Origin: Rhizomicrobium sp. | GTDB lineage: Bacteria > Pseudomonadota > Alphaproteobacteria > Micropepsales > Micropepsaceae | Length of the DNA stretch: 64,000 nucleotides | Assembly: GCA_036268825.1 (NCBI GenBank) | Contig: DATATK010000130.1 | Coordinates: forward strand, 132 to 64,131 | Direction of reading: 5' to 3' | Shown here: one piece after another, positions 49,376 through 59,810 of the stretch | Position numbering within the stretch: the first letter of the stretch is position 1 | Layout: each line of letters starts with the position of its first letter | Made by a program: the position numbers and the translations under genes | The notes under the pieces: generated by a model | The model's input: only the letters and a program-made list of their open reading frames with translations | Told to the model about the DNA's origin: nothing | Database searches by the model: none

Positions 49376-49561
49376 TCAGGCCTTCGCCGCCTGGGCGACG
49401 ACTGCGCGTTCACCGTAGTGACCGCAAGCCGGGCACACATGGTGCGGGCGCGTCTGCTCGCCGCAATTGGAGCATTCGACATGCGCGACCGGCACCAGGC
49501 GATGGTGCGCGCGGCGCATGTTCCGCCGTGACGGCGACTTCTTTCGTTTAGGGACCGCCAT
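49376..49561 (-). CDS. rpmF: 50S ribosomal protein L32
   Basis: [14 protein letters not shown]...PHHVC..CG.Y. Confidence 0.96.
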   Translation of the reverse strand: MAVPKRKKSPSRRNMRRAHHRLVPVAHVECSNCGEQTRPHHVCPACGHYGERAVVAQAAKA

Positions 49562-49708
49562 TGCGGGTAACTCCTTGAGGAATCCCCCCAACTCTGCCCG
49601 GCGCTCTGGGCGTCCAGTGCCTGTTTTGGGGGGTCGAAAAACAAGGCGCGGAGTGAAGCCGAAACCGCTTTGGGATTCAAGGGGCTTACCGCCTAGATTT
49701 GGTGGCGC

Positions 49709-50230
49709 CTAGCTGCCCTGCTTCAACTGCTTGAGGACCGCGAAAGGGCTGGCTTCCCGGGCTGTCTCGCCGGCCAGCGGCTCGAACGCCACCCCGGCGG
49801 CCCGTGGGTAAGGGTCGATGGACAACAACAGTTCCTCCAAAAGCGGCCCCGCGAGGTCGTAGCGGGTGCTGGCGATCTCCTCCGGCGAATCGTCGTCGTC
49901 CGGCGAGACGATCACCGTTTCGCGCATTGCGGCCGGCCCGGTCGTCAGGTGCAGGGTCCGCGAAAACTGTTTTTTGATGCGCGCCCGTACCGGCTCCAAG
50001 GTCACGACGCAGGCCTGCACCACGTCGGCCACCAGTTTGCCCTCGTAGGCGAACCGCGTCTGCGACAGCCGGCGCAGCGTGACCGTGCCCTCGAAGCGCG
50101 TCACCGCACTCACGTCCAGCCACTGCGCGAGTCCGGGCAACTCGTCCGCTTTCGCGGTGATCGCGATCTCGGCGCCGGCGGCGGAGAGGTCGGACAGATT
50201 GTAGATTTTCTCGACAGGCGGATTGTTCAT
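49709..50230 (-). CDS. DUF177/YceD family protein
   Basis: QACVVTLEPV, L..DPYPR, SPFAVL..LK; upstream of rpmF. Confidence 0.9.
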   Translation of the reverse strand: MNNPPVEKIYNLSDLSAAGAEIAITAKADELPGLAQWLDVSAVTRFEGTVTLRRLSQTRFAYEGKLVADVVQACVVTLEPVRARIKKQFSRTLHLTTGPAAMRETVIVSPDDDDSPEEIASTRYDLAGPLLEELLLSIDPYPRAAGVAFEPLAGETAREASPFAVLKQLKQGS

Positions 50231-50236
50231 GGCGTT

Positions 50237-50752
50237 TCAATCGTTGGGCAACGGCCCGAATTCGACATCTCCCTGCGCGACATCGGCGCCGCTCAAATGC
50301 ACGCGCGCCATCTTCGCATAAAGCGCGAGCAGCCGCGCGGCTTCGTCGTGGCCGGCCTCGCCGCGGAACACGTTGCGCGCGATGGCCGAGGCGAGCGCCG
50401 CATCGTCCGCCGCGTCGCGATAGGCCTCAAGCCGGCCGTAGAATGCGGAACCCAGCTTCTTCATCCGCCGGCTCATGCCCATGTCGCCGGCGCCCAGATC
50501 GCGCAGGCCCTCGTCGAAGCCGGTGAACAGCCGATCGGTGACGGCCTGGGCCAGATCGCGGCGGCCGGCGAGTTCCAGCCGCTCCAGCACCAGCCAGGCA
50601 TGCAGCGCCAGCAGGTCGAACCGCCCGTCGATCGTGTCGGGCACGCCGAGGCCCCGGAAAAATACCGGCGCGCGGGCACGGCTGCCCAGGTCGGCGCAAA
50701 GCCGTTCCGCGAGCTGTTTGCGCTCGGTCCGCTTGCGCCAGGCATTCAGCAT
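50237..50752 (-). CDS. Ubiquinol-cytochrome c chaperone (Cbp3-like)
   Basis: GVPDTIDGRFDLL.LH, LRDLG.GD, FYGRL.AY. Confidence 0.9.
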   Translation of the reverse strand: MLNAWRKRTERKQLAERLCADLGSRARAPVFFRGLGVPDTIDGRFDLLALHAWLVLERLELAGRRDLAQAVTDRLFTGFDEGLRDLGAGDMGMSRRMKKLGSAFYGRLEAYRDAADDAALASAIARNVFRGEAGHDEAARLLALYAKMARVHLSGADVAQGDVEFGPLPND

Positions 50753-50849
50753 GTTTGTGCCTTTCCGAAGTGTAATGCTTGCAACAATCCGCCCGCGAGG
50801 CTAGCACATCGCTCAGGGAAGAAACCCTTTTGCGTCAGGACCCTGGACC

Positions 50850-51347
50850 ATGAAGATACCAGCGCTCGCGCTTGCCAGCATCCTCTTGATCGGCTGCACG
50901 CCTGTGGTCAGTCAGCGCGGCTATCTGGCCGACCCGGTCGGCGAAGCCTCCATCAAGGTCGGCACCGATACCAAGACGACCATCCAGGCGCGGCTGGGCG
51001 ATCCGTCCACTTCCGCCACCTTCAACGGCGACACCTGGTACTACATCTCCAGCACCGAGCGGCAGGTCGCGTTCTTCGATCCCATCGTGCTGAAACGCGC
51101 CGTCATGGCGATCACATTCGACAAGGACGGCAAGGTCGCCGGCCTCAAGCATTATGGCTTGAAGGACGGCCACATCGTGGCCTTCGAAACCCGCACCACA
51201 CCGGCGCCGGGACGCACGCTCACCTTCCTGCAACAGATATTCAACTCGACACCCGGTGTGCCGCTCAGCAGCGGCGGCGGCGCGAACAATCCCGGCGGGC
51301 AGCCCGTTCCCGGCGGCGGTCACGGCAGCGGCCCGGGCGGCTACTGA
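50850..51347 (+). CDS. bamE: Outer membrane protein assembly factor BamE
   Basis: Lipobox LIGC, RGY, LGDPST, WYYIS, I.FD..G.V. Confidence 0.9.
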   Translation: MKIPALALASILLIGCTPVVSQRGYLADPVGEASIKVGTDTKTTIQARLGDPSTSATFNGDTWYYISSTERQVAFFDPIVLKRAVMAITFDKDGKVAGLKHYGLKDGHIVAFETRTTPAPGRTLTFLQQIFNSTPGVPLSSGGGANNPGGQPVPGGGHGSGPGGY

Positions 51348-51369
51348 ACGTCACGAACTGGGCCAACAA

Positions 51370-51399
51370 AAAGGGCGCGGAGTTTCCTCCGCGCCCTTT
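51370..51399. terminator. Bidirectional terminator between bamE and hppA
   Basis: AAAGGGCGCGGAG-TTTC-CTCCGCGCCCTTT. Confidence 0.75.
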
Positions 51400-51413
51400 G
51401 TCTTTGCGGCCTC

Positions 51414-53540
51414 TTACAGGCCGTGCGCCAGCGTCGCGAGCAAGAGAAGCGCCACGATGTTGGTGATCTTGATCATCGGGTTCACGGCGGGACCGGCGGT
51501 GTCCTTGTAGGGATCGCCGACCGTGTCGCCGGTCACGGCGGCCTTGTGGGCCTCCGAGCCTTTGCCGCCGTAATTGCCGTCCTCGATGAACTTCTTGGCG
51601 TTGTCCCACGCACCGCCGCCCGAGGTCATCGAGATGGCGACGAACAGGCCGGTGACGATCACGCCGAGCAGCATCGCGCCGACCGCCGAGAACGCCTCGG
51701 CCTTGCCGGCGACGAAATCGACGATGAAGTACAGCACGACCGGCGATAGCACTGGAAGCAACGACGGGATGATCATCTCGCGGATCGCGGCCTTGGTCAG
51801 AAGGTCCACGGCGCGCGCATAGTCCGGCTTCTGCGTGCCTTGCATGATGCCAGGCATTTCGCGGAACTGCCTGCGCACTTCCTCGACAACCGCACCGGCA
51901 GCGCGGCCAACGGCCGTCATCGCCATGCCGCCGAACAGGTACGGCAACAGGCCGCCGATCAGGAGGCCGACGACGACCCAGGGATTGGCGAGGCTGAAGT
52001 CGATCTCGGTGACGCCCGCGAAGTAGGTGTAGACGTCCGAGTGGCCGAGGAAATACTTCAGGTCCGACGTGTAAGCGGCGAACAGCACCAGCGCGCCGAG
52101 GCCGGCCGAACCGATGGCATAGCCCTTGGTGACGGCTTTGGTGGTGTTGCCCACCGCGTCGAGCGCGTCGGTCGTCTTGCGCACGTCGCCTTCGAGGCCG
52201 GCCATTTCGGCAATGCCGCCGGCATTGTCGGTGACCGGGCCGAACGCATCAAGCGCCACGACCATGCCGCACAGCGCCAGCATCGTGGACACCGCGATCG
52301 CGATGCCGAACAGACCCGCGAGCGAGTAGGTGACGATGATGCCGACGCAGATGACGATGGCCGGCATTGCGGTGGATTCCATCGAGATGGCGAGGCCCGA
52401 GATCACGTTCGTGCCGTGGCCGGTGACGGATGCCGCCGCGATGGTGCGCACCGGGCGGAAGTTCGTGCCGGTGTAATACTCGGTGATCCAGATCAGCGCG
52501 CCGGTGATGGCGAGCCCCGCGACGCCGCATTCGAACAGGCTCATCCCGGTGACGCCCGGCAGGATCTCCGTCTGCAAGCCGACGATCCAGTTGGTCAGCG
52601 GATAGAGCCCGATCAGCGACAGCACGCCCGTCGCGATCACGCCCTTGTAGAGCGCGCCCATGATGTTCCTGGACTTGCCCAGTTGGACGAAGAACGTGCC
52701 GATGATCGAGGTGATGATGCACATCGCCGAGATCGCCAGCGGATAGAGCATCAGCTGCGAGCGCAATTCGCCGTCGAAATAGATCGAGGCGAGCACCATC
52801 GTCGCCACCGTCGTGACCGCGAAGGTCTCGAACAGGTCGGCGGCCATGCCGGCGCAGTCGCCCACATTGTCGCCCACGTTGTCGGCGATCGTGGCCGGGT
52901 TGCGGGGGTCGTCTTCGGGAATTCCGGCTTCCACCTTGCCCACCATGTCGCCGCCGACATCGGCGCCCTTGGTGAAGATGCCGCCGCCCAGACGGGCGAA
53001 GATCGAGATCAGCGAGGCGCCGAAGCCCAGCGCGACGAGCGCGTTGACGATGACGCGGCCCTCCGGCTGGTCGTTGATGGGCAGGCCGAGGCCGTAACGG
53101 AGAAAGGCGTAGTAGCCGGCGACCGCGATCAGGCCGAGGCCGACGACCAGCATGCCGGTGACCGCGCCCGAGCGGAACGCGACCGACAGGCCCTGCGCCA
53201 GGCCCTGGCGCGAGGCTTCGGCCGTGCGCACATTGGCGCGCACCGAAACGTTCATGCCGATATAGCCGGCCAGACCCGACAGGATGGCGCCGACGGCGTA
53301 TCCCACCGCGACCTGCCAGCCGAACACCGCGAAGGCCGCCGCGAAAATCACGACGCCGGCGACGGCGATGGTCATGTATTGACGGTTCAGGTAGGCATTG
53401 GCGCCTTCCTGGATGGCGGCGGCGATTTCCTGCATCCGTTCGTTGCCGGCGGACATGCTCAGCACCGAGCGAATGGTCCAGCCGCCGTAGAGGAGTGCGA
53501 GCACGCCGCACGCCAAGACGATCTCAAGCTCCATGCTCAT
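51414..53540 (-). CDS. hppA: Membrane-bound proton-translocating pyrophosphatase, K+-independent type
   Basis: [40 protein letters not shown]; GNTTKA carries the Lys of K+-independent enzymes. Confidence 0.95.
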   Translation of the reverse strand: MSMELEIVLACGVLALLYGGWTIRSVLSMSAGNERMQEIAAAIQEGANAYLNRQYMTIAVAGVVIFAAAFAVFGWQVAVGYAVGAILSGLAGYIGMNVSVRANVRTAEASRQGLAQGLSVAFRSGAVTGMLVVGLGLIAVAGYYAFLRYGLGLPINDQPEGRVIVNALVALGFGASLISIFARLGGGIFTKGADVGGDMVGKVEAGIPEDDPRNPATIADNVGDNVGDCAGMAADLFETFAVTTVATMVLASIYFDGELRSQLMLYPLAISAMCIITSIIGTFFVQLGKSRNIMGALYKGVIATGVLSLIGLYPLTNWIVGLQTEILPGVTGMSLFECGVAGLAITGALIWITEYYTGTNFRPVRTIAAASVTGHGTNVISGLAISMESTAMPAIVICVGIIVTYSLAGLFGIAIAVSTMLALCGMVVALDAFGPVTDNAGGIAEMAGLEGDVRKTTDALDAVGNTTKAVTKGYAIGSAGLGALVLFAAYTSDLKYFLGHSDVYTYFAGVTEIDFSLANPWVVVGLLIGGLLPYLFGGMAMTAVGRAAGAVVEEVRRQFREMPGIMQGTQKPDYARAVDLLTKAAIREMIIPSLLPVLSPVVLYFIVDFVAGKAEAFSAVGAMLLGVIVTGLFVAISMTSGGGAWDNAKKFIEDGNYGGKGSEAHKAAVTGDTVGDPYKDTAGPAVNPMIKITNIVALLLLATLAHGL

Positions 53541-53676
53541 GGGAATTCCCTCGTGAGTGAATCAGTTACCCTGGACGGCGTGTTGATCCGCCGATCCCCA
53601 TGGCCGGTGCAACCACCGCTTCAAGGGCGGCGGAGGTATGCCAAAAGCGTTCTCGCGAGGCAACGCCGAATCGCGC

Positions 53677-53732
53677 TGCACCTCCCCCATGCGGGGAGGT
53701 CGAAAAATCCTCTGGGATTTTTCGGGTGGGGG
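53677..53732. repeat. Half copy of subfamily II palindromic repeat
   Basis: TGCACCTCCCCCATGCGGGGAGGTCGAAAAATCC-TCTG-GGATTTTTCGGGTGGGGG. Confidence 0.85.
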
Positions 53733-53737
53733 CGCTT

Positions 53738-54142
53738 TTAGGGACTCGGCCGCATCTGGGCGATCTGGACCTGGATCAGCTTCAGATCGCTGACTTTCGC
53801 CGCCCCGGCGATTCGTTTGGCATCCGCCAGCAGCCGGGCGGCTAGCGCCGGCTGGTCCACAACCGACGGATCGGCCGCCGTGCCGATGGAGGCGGCGTTC
53901 ACGTCGCGGACGAAGGCGTCTTGGATAAAAGGCGTCGCGAGCCGGATATCGATGGCCGCCTGGGGCGAAACGCCCACGATCTTGCAGGAAACATAGGCAT
54001 ATGAGACCAGCCGGTCGTCGACGATGATCGGCGCGATCAGATACGGCATTTCGACGCTGGTTCCCGGCTCAGGCGCTTTCGCCCCGCCGGCCATCGCCGG
54101 AACGGCCAGTGTCACAGTCAGGATGACCGCCAGGATTCGCAT
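53738..54142 (-). CDS. Exported hypothetical protein (weak FliL-like resemblance)
   Basis: Signal peptide MRILAVILTVTLAVPAMA; P.I.DAF motif. Confidence 0.65.
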   Translation of the reverse strand: MRILAVILTVTLAVPAMAGGAKAPEPGTSVEMPYLIAPIIVDDRLVSYAYVSCKIVGVSPQAAIDIRLATPFIQDAFVRDVNAASIGTAADPSVVDQPALAARLLADAKRIAGAAKVSDLKLIQVQIAQMRPSP

Positions 54143-54203
54143 GCCCCGAGCCTCGCAGATGGCCGCTAAAACTCCGTTAGCGCAGGGACTTAGCCGCGCC
54201 ACC

Positions 54204-54306
54204 GTCCGGACATGATTCTAGAGATGCTGAAAAGATGCCTGACCAGCGTGGCGCTGTCAAGCAGATGTAGAGAAAATTTGGCGTGACGGGGCGTCATTTG
54301 TGCAGA
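54204..54306 (-). repeat. 103-bp structured repeat element X, copy 2
   Basis: Reverse complement aligns with 40816-40918. Confidence 0.85.
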
Positions 54307-54320
54307 GGTGAATCTCTGTC

Positions 54321-54463
54321 TGCATCTCCCCCTCGTGGGGAGGTCGATAAATCTTCGCGCCAAAGCGCGAAGATTTTCGGGTGGGGGGCGGTGCCAGACG
54401 GAGGTTCGGCCCCCCACCCGAAAAAGCTTTGCTTTTTCGACCTCCCCACAAGGGGGAGGTGCA
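54321..54463. repeat. Branched palindromic repeat, subfamily II
   Basis: TGCATCTCCCCCTCGTGGGGAGGTCGA...TTTTCGACCTCCCCACAAGGGGGAGGTGCA; abuts the thiL stop. Confidence 0.9.
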
Positions 54464-55405
54464 CTAAAAGTGCGCGTAGCCCTTTTTCTTCAGCCTGACC
54501 TCTCGCCCCTTGGCATCGCGCAACACCGCACCCTCGCCGCGCTCGACTATGCCGATCTCCGTCACCGCGACTCCGGCCTTCCGCGCCGCGCGCATCACGG
54601 CGTCCCGCTTGGGCGCGGTGAACGCGATCTCGTAATCGTCGCCGGCCGTAACGGCAGCGATCAGATCGACACCGCGCGATACCGGCACGCGCGCTGCATC
54701 CACCACGACACGCACCTTCGACACCTCCGCGATGTGCCCAAGGTCCGCCATCAGCCCGTCCGAAACATCGATGGACGCGCGCGCCACGCCACGCAGCGCG
54801 AAACCTAGAGATAGTCGCGGCGTCGGCAGCCGATAGCGCGCGATCAAACTCTTCGGCGTCCTCGCCTTTCTCTTCAGCAGCGCCAGCCCCGCGCCCGCAT
54901 CGCCAATGGTGCCCGACACAAACACCAGATCGCCCACCTTCGCGCCCTTGCGGCGAAGCATCTTGCCCTTTGGCACCACACCCAGCGCGGTGATCGCAAT
55001 CGTCAGCGGGCCCGGCGTCGCAGTGGTGTCGCCGCCGAGCAGAGCGATACCGAACTCGCGCTGGTCTTTCGCAAGACCGCGCGCGAACTTCCTCAGCCAG
55101 TCGTAACGAACGTTACGCGGCAGCGACAATGCCAGCAGATAGCCGATCGGCTTCGCGCCTTTCGCGGCGAGATCGGAAAGGTTCACCCGCAACGCCTTGC
55201 GTGCGATCGTCTCCGGCGGATCGTCTGCGAAGAAGTGCACGTCTGCGACCAGCGCATCCGCCGTCACCACTAGCTCATGCCCGCGCGGCACGGCGAGCGT
55301 CGCGGCATCGTCGGTCAGGCCGAACGCGCCCGGCGTCTTCGCGAGCGGGGCGAAGAGGTCGGCGATCAGCGCGAACTCGCCGTATTTAGAACTGGAGTTC
55401 GTCAT
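54464..55405 (-). CDS. thiL: Thiamine-phosphate kinase
   Basis: EFALI, DDAA, NLSDLAAKGA, GGDT, DVSDGL..DL, GDDYE; start uncertain. Confidence 0.94.
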   Translation of the reverse strand: MTNSSSKYGEFALIADLFAPLAKTPGAFGLTDDAATLAVPRGHELVVTADALVADVHFFADDPPETIARKALRVNLSDLAAKGAKPIGYLLALSLPRNVRYDWLRKFARGLAKDQREFGIALLGGDTTATPGPLTIAITALGVVPKGKMLRRKGAKVGDLVFVSGTIGDAGAGLALLKRKARTPKSLIARYRLPTPRLSLGFALRGVARASIDVSDGLMADLGHIAEVSKVRVVVDAARVPVSRGVDLIAAVTAGDDYEIAFTAPKRDAVMRAARKAGVAVTEIGIVERGEGAVLRDAKGREVRLKKKGYAHF

Positions 55406-55895
55406 CGGGCGGGGGCTCGCCGAATTCGGGGGCGCGCTTTCTGTGCGCGAGGCGATCCAAAACGGCGTTGACGAATTTGGGTTCGTCGCCGCTGAAGAAA
55501 GCGTGCGTGATCTCGACATATTCGTCGATCACCACCTTGGCCGGCACGTCCGGCCGCGCGATCAATTCGCAGGTCGCGGCGCGCAGGATCGCGCGCAGGA
55601 TGGAGTCGATGCGCTCCAGCTTCCAGTTCTCCGACAGGCAGCGCGCCACCGAACGGTCGATCTCGACCTGGTGCTTGGGCACACCGCGCAGCAGATCGGT
55701 GAAGAACTCCGCGTCCGGCTCGCCCACGGGCGCCGCCTCGACGTCCTGCCCGAAACCGTGGTCGAGGAATTCCTGCGCCACCATCTCGGCGTTCTCGTTG
55801 GTCAATTCCATCTGGTAGAGCGCCTGCACGGCTGCAAGCCTGGCGGCGCGGCGGGCGACGGGATCGTTGTTTTTCTTTTCCGCAGGCGCGGTCAC
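55386..55895 (-). CDS. nusB: Transcription antitermination factor NusB
   Basis: [34 protein letters not shown]. Confidence 0.96.
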   Translation of the reverse strand: MTAPAEKKNNDPVARRAARLAAVQALYQMELTNENAEMVAQEFLDHGFGQDVEAAPVGEPDAEFFTDLLRGVPKHQVEIDRSVARCLSENWKLERIDSILRAILRAATCELIARPDVPAKVVIDEYVEITHAFFSGDEPKFVNAVLDRLAHRKRAPEFGEPPPDDELQF

Positions 55896-56329
55896 AACCG
55901 TGCTCCAAACCGCGCGCGCGCCTTGATGAGGGCGAGGCAGGCCCGCGCCGCGTCGCCGCCTTTGTCCTGCCCGTCGCGGCTGGCGCGGGCGAGCGCCTGG
56001 GCTTCGTCCTCGACCGTGAGGATGCCGTTGCCGATGCAGAGGCCGTGATGCAGCCCGAGGTCCATGATGCCGCGCGCGGACTCGCCGGAGACGATCTCGA
56101 AATGATAGGTCTCGCCTCGGATGACACAGCCGAGCGCGATATAGCCGTCATACGCCTTGTCGGATTTCGACGCGAAGGCGATGGTCGCGGGGATTTCCAG
56201 CGCGCCCGGCACCGCGATACGCTCGAAATGCGCGCCGCCCGCTTCCAGCGCGGCCGTCGCGCCGTCGAGCAATTGATCGGAGATATGCGCGTAGAACCGC
56301 GCTTCGACGATCAGGATGTTGGGGGTCAT
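55892..56329 (-). CDS. ribH: 6,7-dimethyl-8-ribityllumazine synthase
   Basis: [30 protein letters not shown]. Confidence 0.96.
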   Translation of the reverse strand: MTPNILIVEARFYAHISDQLLDGATAALEAGGAHFERIAVPGALEIPATIAFASKSDKAYDGYIALGCVIRGETYHFEIVSGESARGIMDLGLHHGLCIGNGILTVEDEAQALARASRDGQDKGGDAARACLALIKARARFGARL

Positions 56330-57447
56330 CGCGTGCCCCGGATCTGGTGCGTGCCCACGATGTTGAGGCCGTAGCCTTCCAGCGCGACGATCTTCTTCTC
56401 CGGCGTGTCGGTGAGCAGGGTCATGTCCTTGATGCCGAGGTCGAGCAGGATCTGCGCGCCGACGCCGAATTCCTTGACCCGGCGGCGGTCCACGTCGTCC
56501 TGCGTCCGCCGCAGCAGCGCGTCGGTCACGAAAGTCGGCTTGGCCTGGCGCAACAGCACGACGACGCCGCGCCCCGCCTCGCCGATGATGCGCATCGACG
56601 TGCCGAGTACGTCGTGTTCGTATTGCGCCCAGTCGAGTATATCGCTGAACACGTTGATCGCGTGCATGCGCACCAGCACCGGCTCGGGCGTGGTGATGTC
56701 GCCTTTCACCAGTGCGATGTGCTCGGCATATTCCAGCGTGTTGGCATAGACGATCATCTTCCAGTCGCCGCCATTGTGGCTCTGGAACGGCGTCTCCACC
56801 ACGCGGCTGACGAAATGATCGTAGCGGCGGCGATAGGCGATCAGGTCGGCGATGGTGCCGATCTTGAGGCCATGCAGTTGCGCGAAGGCGACGAGGTCCG
56901 GCAGCCGCGCCATCGTGCCGTCGTCGTTCATGATCTCGCAGATCACGCCGGCGGGATTGAGCCCCGCCAGCCGCGCGATATCGACGGAGGCTTCGGTGTG
57001 ACCGGCGCGGATCAGCGCGCCGCCATGCTTGGCGACGAGCGGGAACACATGGCCCGGCATCACGATGTCACCCGGGCCCTTGGTGGGGTCGATGGCGACG
57101 GAGATGGTGTGCGCCCGATCATGCGCGGAGATGCCGGTGGAGACGCCTTCTTTCGCCTCGATCGAGACGGTGAAGGCGGTCTGGTGCGCGGTGCCGTTGA
57201 ACTGCGTCATCATCGGGATCTGCAGCGCGGTAGAACGCTCCTGCGTCAGCGCGAGGCAGATGAGACCGCGGCCGTGCTTGGCCATGAAGTTGATCGCGGC
57301 GGGCGTGCACATCTGCGCGGGGATGACGAGGTCGCCCTCGTTCTCGCGGTCGTCGGCGTCCATCAGGATGAACATGCGCCCGTTGCGCGCGTCCTCGATG
57401 ACGTCCTCGATCTTGGCGATGTAGTCGTGGAAGACGTTGATGGTCAT
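56326..57447 (-). CDS. ribB: DHBP synthase with degenerate GTP cyclohydrolase II domain
   Basis: [31 protein letters not shown]; C-terminal domain lacks the Zn Cys. Confidence 0.93.
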   Translation of the reverse strand: MTINVFHDYIAKIEDVIEDARNGRMFILMDADDRENEGDLVIPAQMCTPAAINFMAKHGRGLICLALTQERSTALQIPMMTQFNGTAHQTAFTVSIEAKEGVSTGISAHDRAHTISVAIDPTKGPGDIVMPGHVFPLVAKHGGALIRAGHTEASVDIARLAGLNPAGVICEIMNDDGTMARLPDLVAFAQLHGLKIGTIADLIAYRRRYDHFVSRVVETPFQSHNGGDWKMIVYANTLEYAEHIALVKGDITTPEPVLVRMHAINVFSDILDWAQYEHDVLGTSMRIIGEAGRGVVVLLRQAKPTFVTDALLRRTQDDVDRRRVKEFGVGAQILLDLGIKDMTLLTDTPEKKIVALEGYGLNIVGTHQIRGTR

Positions 57448-58037
57448 GATTTCACCAGACGCGCCACATAGCGCGCCATCAGATCGACTTCGAGATTGAC
57501 ACGGCCGCCAACCTTGAGCTTGCCGAACGTCGTCACCTTCTGCGTGTGCGGGATGATGTTCACCCCGAAGCGTAAGCCGTCCACGTCGTTGACGGTGAGC
57601 GAGATGCCGTCGAGCGCGATGGAGCCCTTCTGCGCGATGAAGCGCGACAGCGCGACCGGCACCTTGAAATTCATCCGCACGGATTCGCCTTCCGGCGCCA
57701 CGCTTGTCACCTCGGCCACGCCGTCGACATGGCCGGTGACGATATGGCCGCCCAATTCGTCGCCCACGCGCATCGGCCGCTCGAGGTTGACCGGGCCGCC
57801 GACCTTCCAGTCACCCAGCGTCGTCTTGGACAGTGTCTCGCCCGAGGCGGTGACGGCGAACCAGCGATCCTTGGCGCTGCCTTTGTCCACCACCGTCATG
57901 CACACGCCCGAGCACGCGATGGACGCGCCCATCTCGACAGCGCTCACATCGTAATGCGTGGAGATCACGACATGGGTATCGCCGCGTTTCTCAACGTGAC
58001 GAACCTGGCCGACATCGGTGACGATTCCGGTGAACAT
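57444..58037 (-). CDS. ribE: Riboflavin synthase
   Basis: MFTGIV, SIACSGVCMTV, GGHIVTGHVDG, IPHT. Confidence 0.96.
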   Translation of the reverse strand: MFTGIVTDVGQVRHVEKRGDTHVVISTHYDVSAVEMGASIACSGVCMTVVDKGSAKDRWFAVTASGETLSKTTLGDWKVGGPVNLERPMRVGDELGGHIVTGHVDGVAEVTSVAPEGESVRMNFKVPVALSRFIAQKGSIALDGISLTVNDVDGLRFGVNIIPHTQKVTTFGKLKVGGRVNLEVDLMARYVARLVKS

Positions 58038-58046
58038 GGAAATCCT

Positions 58047-59066
58047 TTACGCTTGCCGCGCGAAGCTTTCCAGCGTGTCGATGCCCAAAACACGCCTGTT
58101 AACCCGCACAAAATCTGGGGTTTCGAGCAACGGACCGACATCGCCACGTCCCGCCTGCCCCAGCGTCAACGGCGCCGTGAACACTTCCAGCCGGTCCGCG
58201 AACCCTGCGGCAACGAACGCCGAGATCACGGTTGCGCCACCCTCGACAAGCAACCGTGTCACGCCGCGCGCCGCCAGCGCGGCCAGCACAGCGGCGATAT
58301 CCACCCTGCCCTGCGCGTTTTGCATGTCGCCCTCAGCCGTGAACACCAGCGTCGACGGCACCGCGAGCTTCGCCGTCTTCGGCATCCGCATCCGGGAGTC
58401 GAGCACGACACGCAACGGCGAATATTTCTCCAAACCCGGCAGGCGCACCGTCAGATCCGGATCGTCCGCCAGCACCGTGCCGATGCCGACAAGGATCGCA
58501 TCGTTCTTGGCGCGCAACAGATGCCCATAACGCCGCGCTTCTTCGCCCGTGATCCACTTGTCTTCGCCCGGCGCGCGCGCGGTCTTGTGATCGGCGCTCT
58601 GCGCGATCTTGAGCGTGACCAATGGGCGCTTCGCATTCACGCGCAGAAAGAAACCGGCGTTCAACTCAGCGGCTTCTTTTTCCAACACGCCTGTCACGAC
58701 GTCGATGCCGGCGGCGCGCAGGATCGCGAACCCTTTGCCCTTCACGCGCGGATCGGGATCCTCAACCGCCGCGACGACGCGCGCGACGCCCGCCTTCACC
58801 AGCGCATCCGCACAAGGCGGCGTCTTCCCCAGATGCGCGCAAGGTTCCAGCGTGACATAAGCCGTCGCGCCGCGCGCCGCCTCACCAGCCTGCGTCAGCG
58901 CCATCGCCTCCGCGTGCGGCCGCCCGCCATCCTGCGTCCACCCACGCCCGACAACACGTCCATCCGGCGAAACGATCACGCAACCGACAGCTGGATTGGG
59001 CGCAACCCGCCCGAGCCCGCGCGCGGCGAGCGTGAGAGCGTGACGCATGTGAAATTCATTATTCAT
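58047..59066 (-). CDS. ribD: Riboflavin biosynthesis deaminase/reductase
   Basis: PNPAVGC, HAE, TLEPC.H..TPPC, LVEGG. Confidence 0.95.
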   Translation of the reverse strand: MNNEFHMRHALTLAARGLGRVAPNPAVGCVIVSPDGRVVGRGWTQDGGRPHAEAMALTQAGEAARGATAYVTLEPCAHLGKTPPCADALVKAGVARVVAAVEDPDPRVKGKGFAILRAAGIDVVTGVLEKEAAELNAGFFLRVNAKRPLVTLKIAQSADHKTARAPGEDKWITGEEARRYGHLLRAKNDAILVGIGTVLADDPDLTVRLPGLEKYSPLRVVLDSRMRMPKTAKLAVPSTLVFTAEGDMQNAQGRVDIAAVLAALAARGVTRLLVEGGATVISAFVAAGFADRLEVFTAPLTLGQAGRGDVGPLLETPDFVRVNRRVLGIDTLESFARQA

Positions 59067-59184
59067 CGTGATTCTAGTTTGTAATGGCTGACGGGCAAGA
59101 ATTGCCACATATTTGCGATAACTGCGAAGTTAAATTGGAAAACTGCGAACGCATTTAGGACAGGCAAACCGTTGGGGAAACGCC

Positions 59185-59397
59185 ATGCGGTATCGTGTGA
59201 CATTTGGCGCCAGCCCGGCGGCGATAGGGCCATCCGTCGATTTAGATGCTGCTTTGGCGGATGCGTGCAGGCAGATTTCCATGAATCAAGTCGATGTCGC
59301 AATTCATGACGGCAACGGGAGAAGCATTCGGGGTGAAGAATTGGCTGCCTGTTGTCGCGGTGAAAAGAAGCTGACGGCGGACCTTCTTGCGGAATAA
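59185..59397 (+). CDS. Small hypothetical protein
   Basis: GGGGA upstream of ATG; 70 aa in a lower-GC insert. Confidence 0.5.
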   Translation: MRYRVTFGASPAAIGPSVDLDAALADACRQISMNQVDVAIHDGNGRSIRGEELAACCRGEKKLTADLLAE

Positions 59398-59431
59398 TTT
59401 GCAACACGACTATCGGCTGGAACAGAAATCA

Positions 59432-59707
59432 ATGAATCCCATTCGCTGGCAGCGTCACTTGCAAGTCGCGCTCCTGTTGGGAGCCGCCATCGGCGGCTGC
59501 ATCGGCATCATAATTGGCTTTTTCGCCAACCAACCAGAATACTCGCGGGACTATACGCAGCCATTTTTGTATTGGGTAATTGGACCCTACGCATTCTCCT
59601 CGATGTGGTCCTATGATGGCAGCAGCGCCGAATGGTTTTGTTTTGGTGCTCTAATTGGGCTGGCCGTTGTCTACGTCCGTTGCTTAAGCGTTCGAACTTT
59701 GGCGTAG
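59432..59707 (+). CDS. Small two-TM hypothetical membrane protein
   Basis: Two hydrophobic Gly-rich helices; lower-GC codon usage. Confidence 0.5.
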   Translation: MNPIRWQRHLQVALLLGAAIGGCIGIIIGFFANQPEYSRDYTQPFLYWVIGPYAFSSMWSYDGSSAEWFCFGALIGLAVVYVRCLSVRTLA

Positions 59708-59742
59708 CCGCGATCACAACAAGCTGCTGAGTTTTCTTACCA

Positions 59743-59797
59743 CCTTCCCTCTCACCGATCAGGGCTCAAAGTCCTTGGTCTCGCGGACGTTTTGGTA
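59743..59797 (-). pseudogene. Degenerate duplicate of the nrdR 3' end
   Basis: Aligns with 60544-60599, including identical AAGTCCTTGGTCTCGCGGA; carries a 1-nt deletion. Confidence 0.75.
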
Positions 59798-59810
59798 TGC
59801 GACAGTCAGA

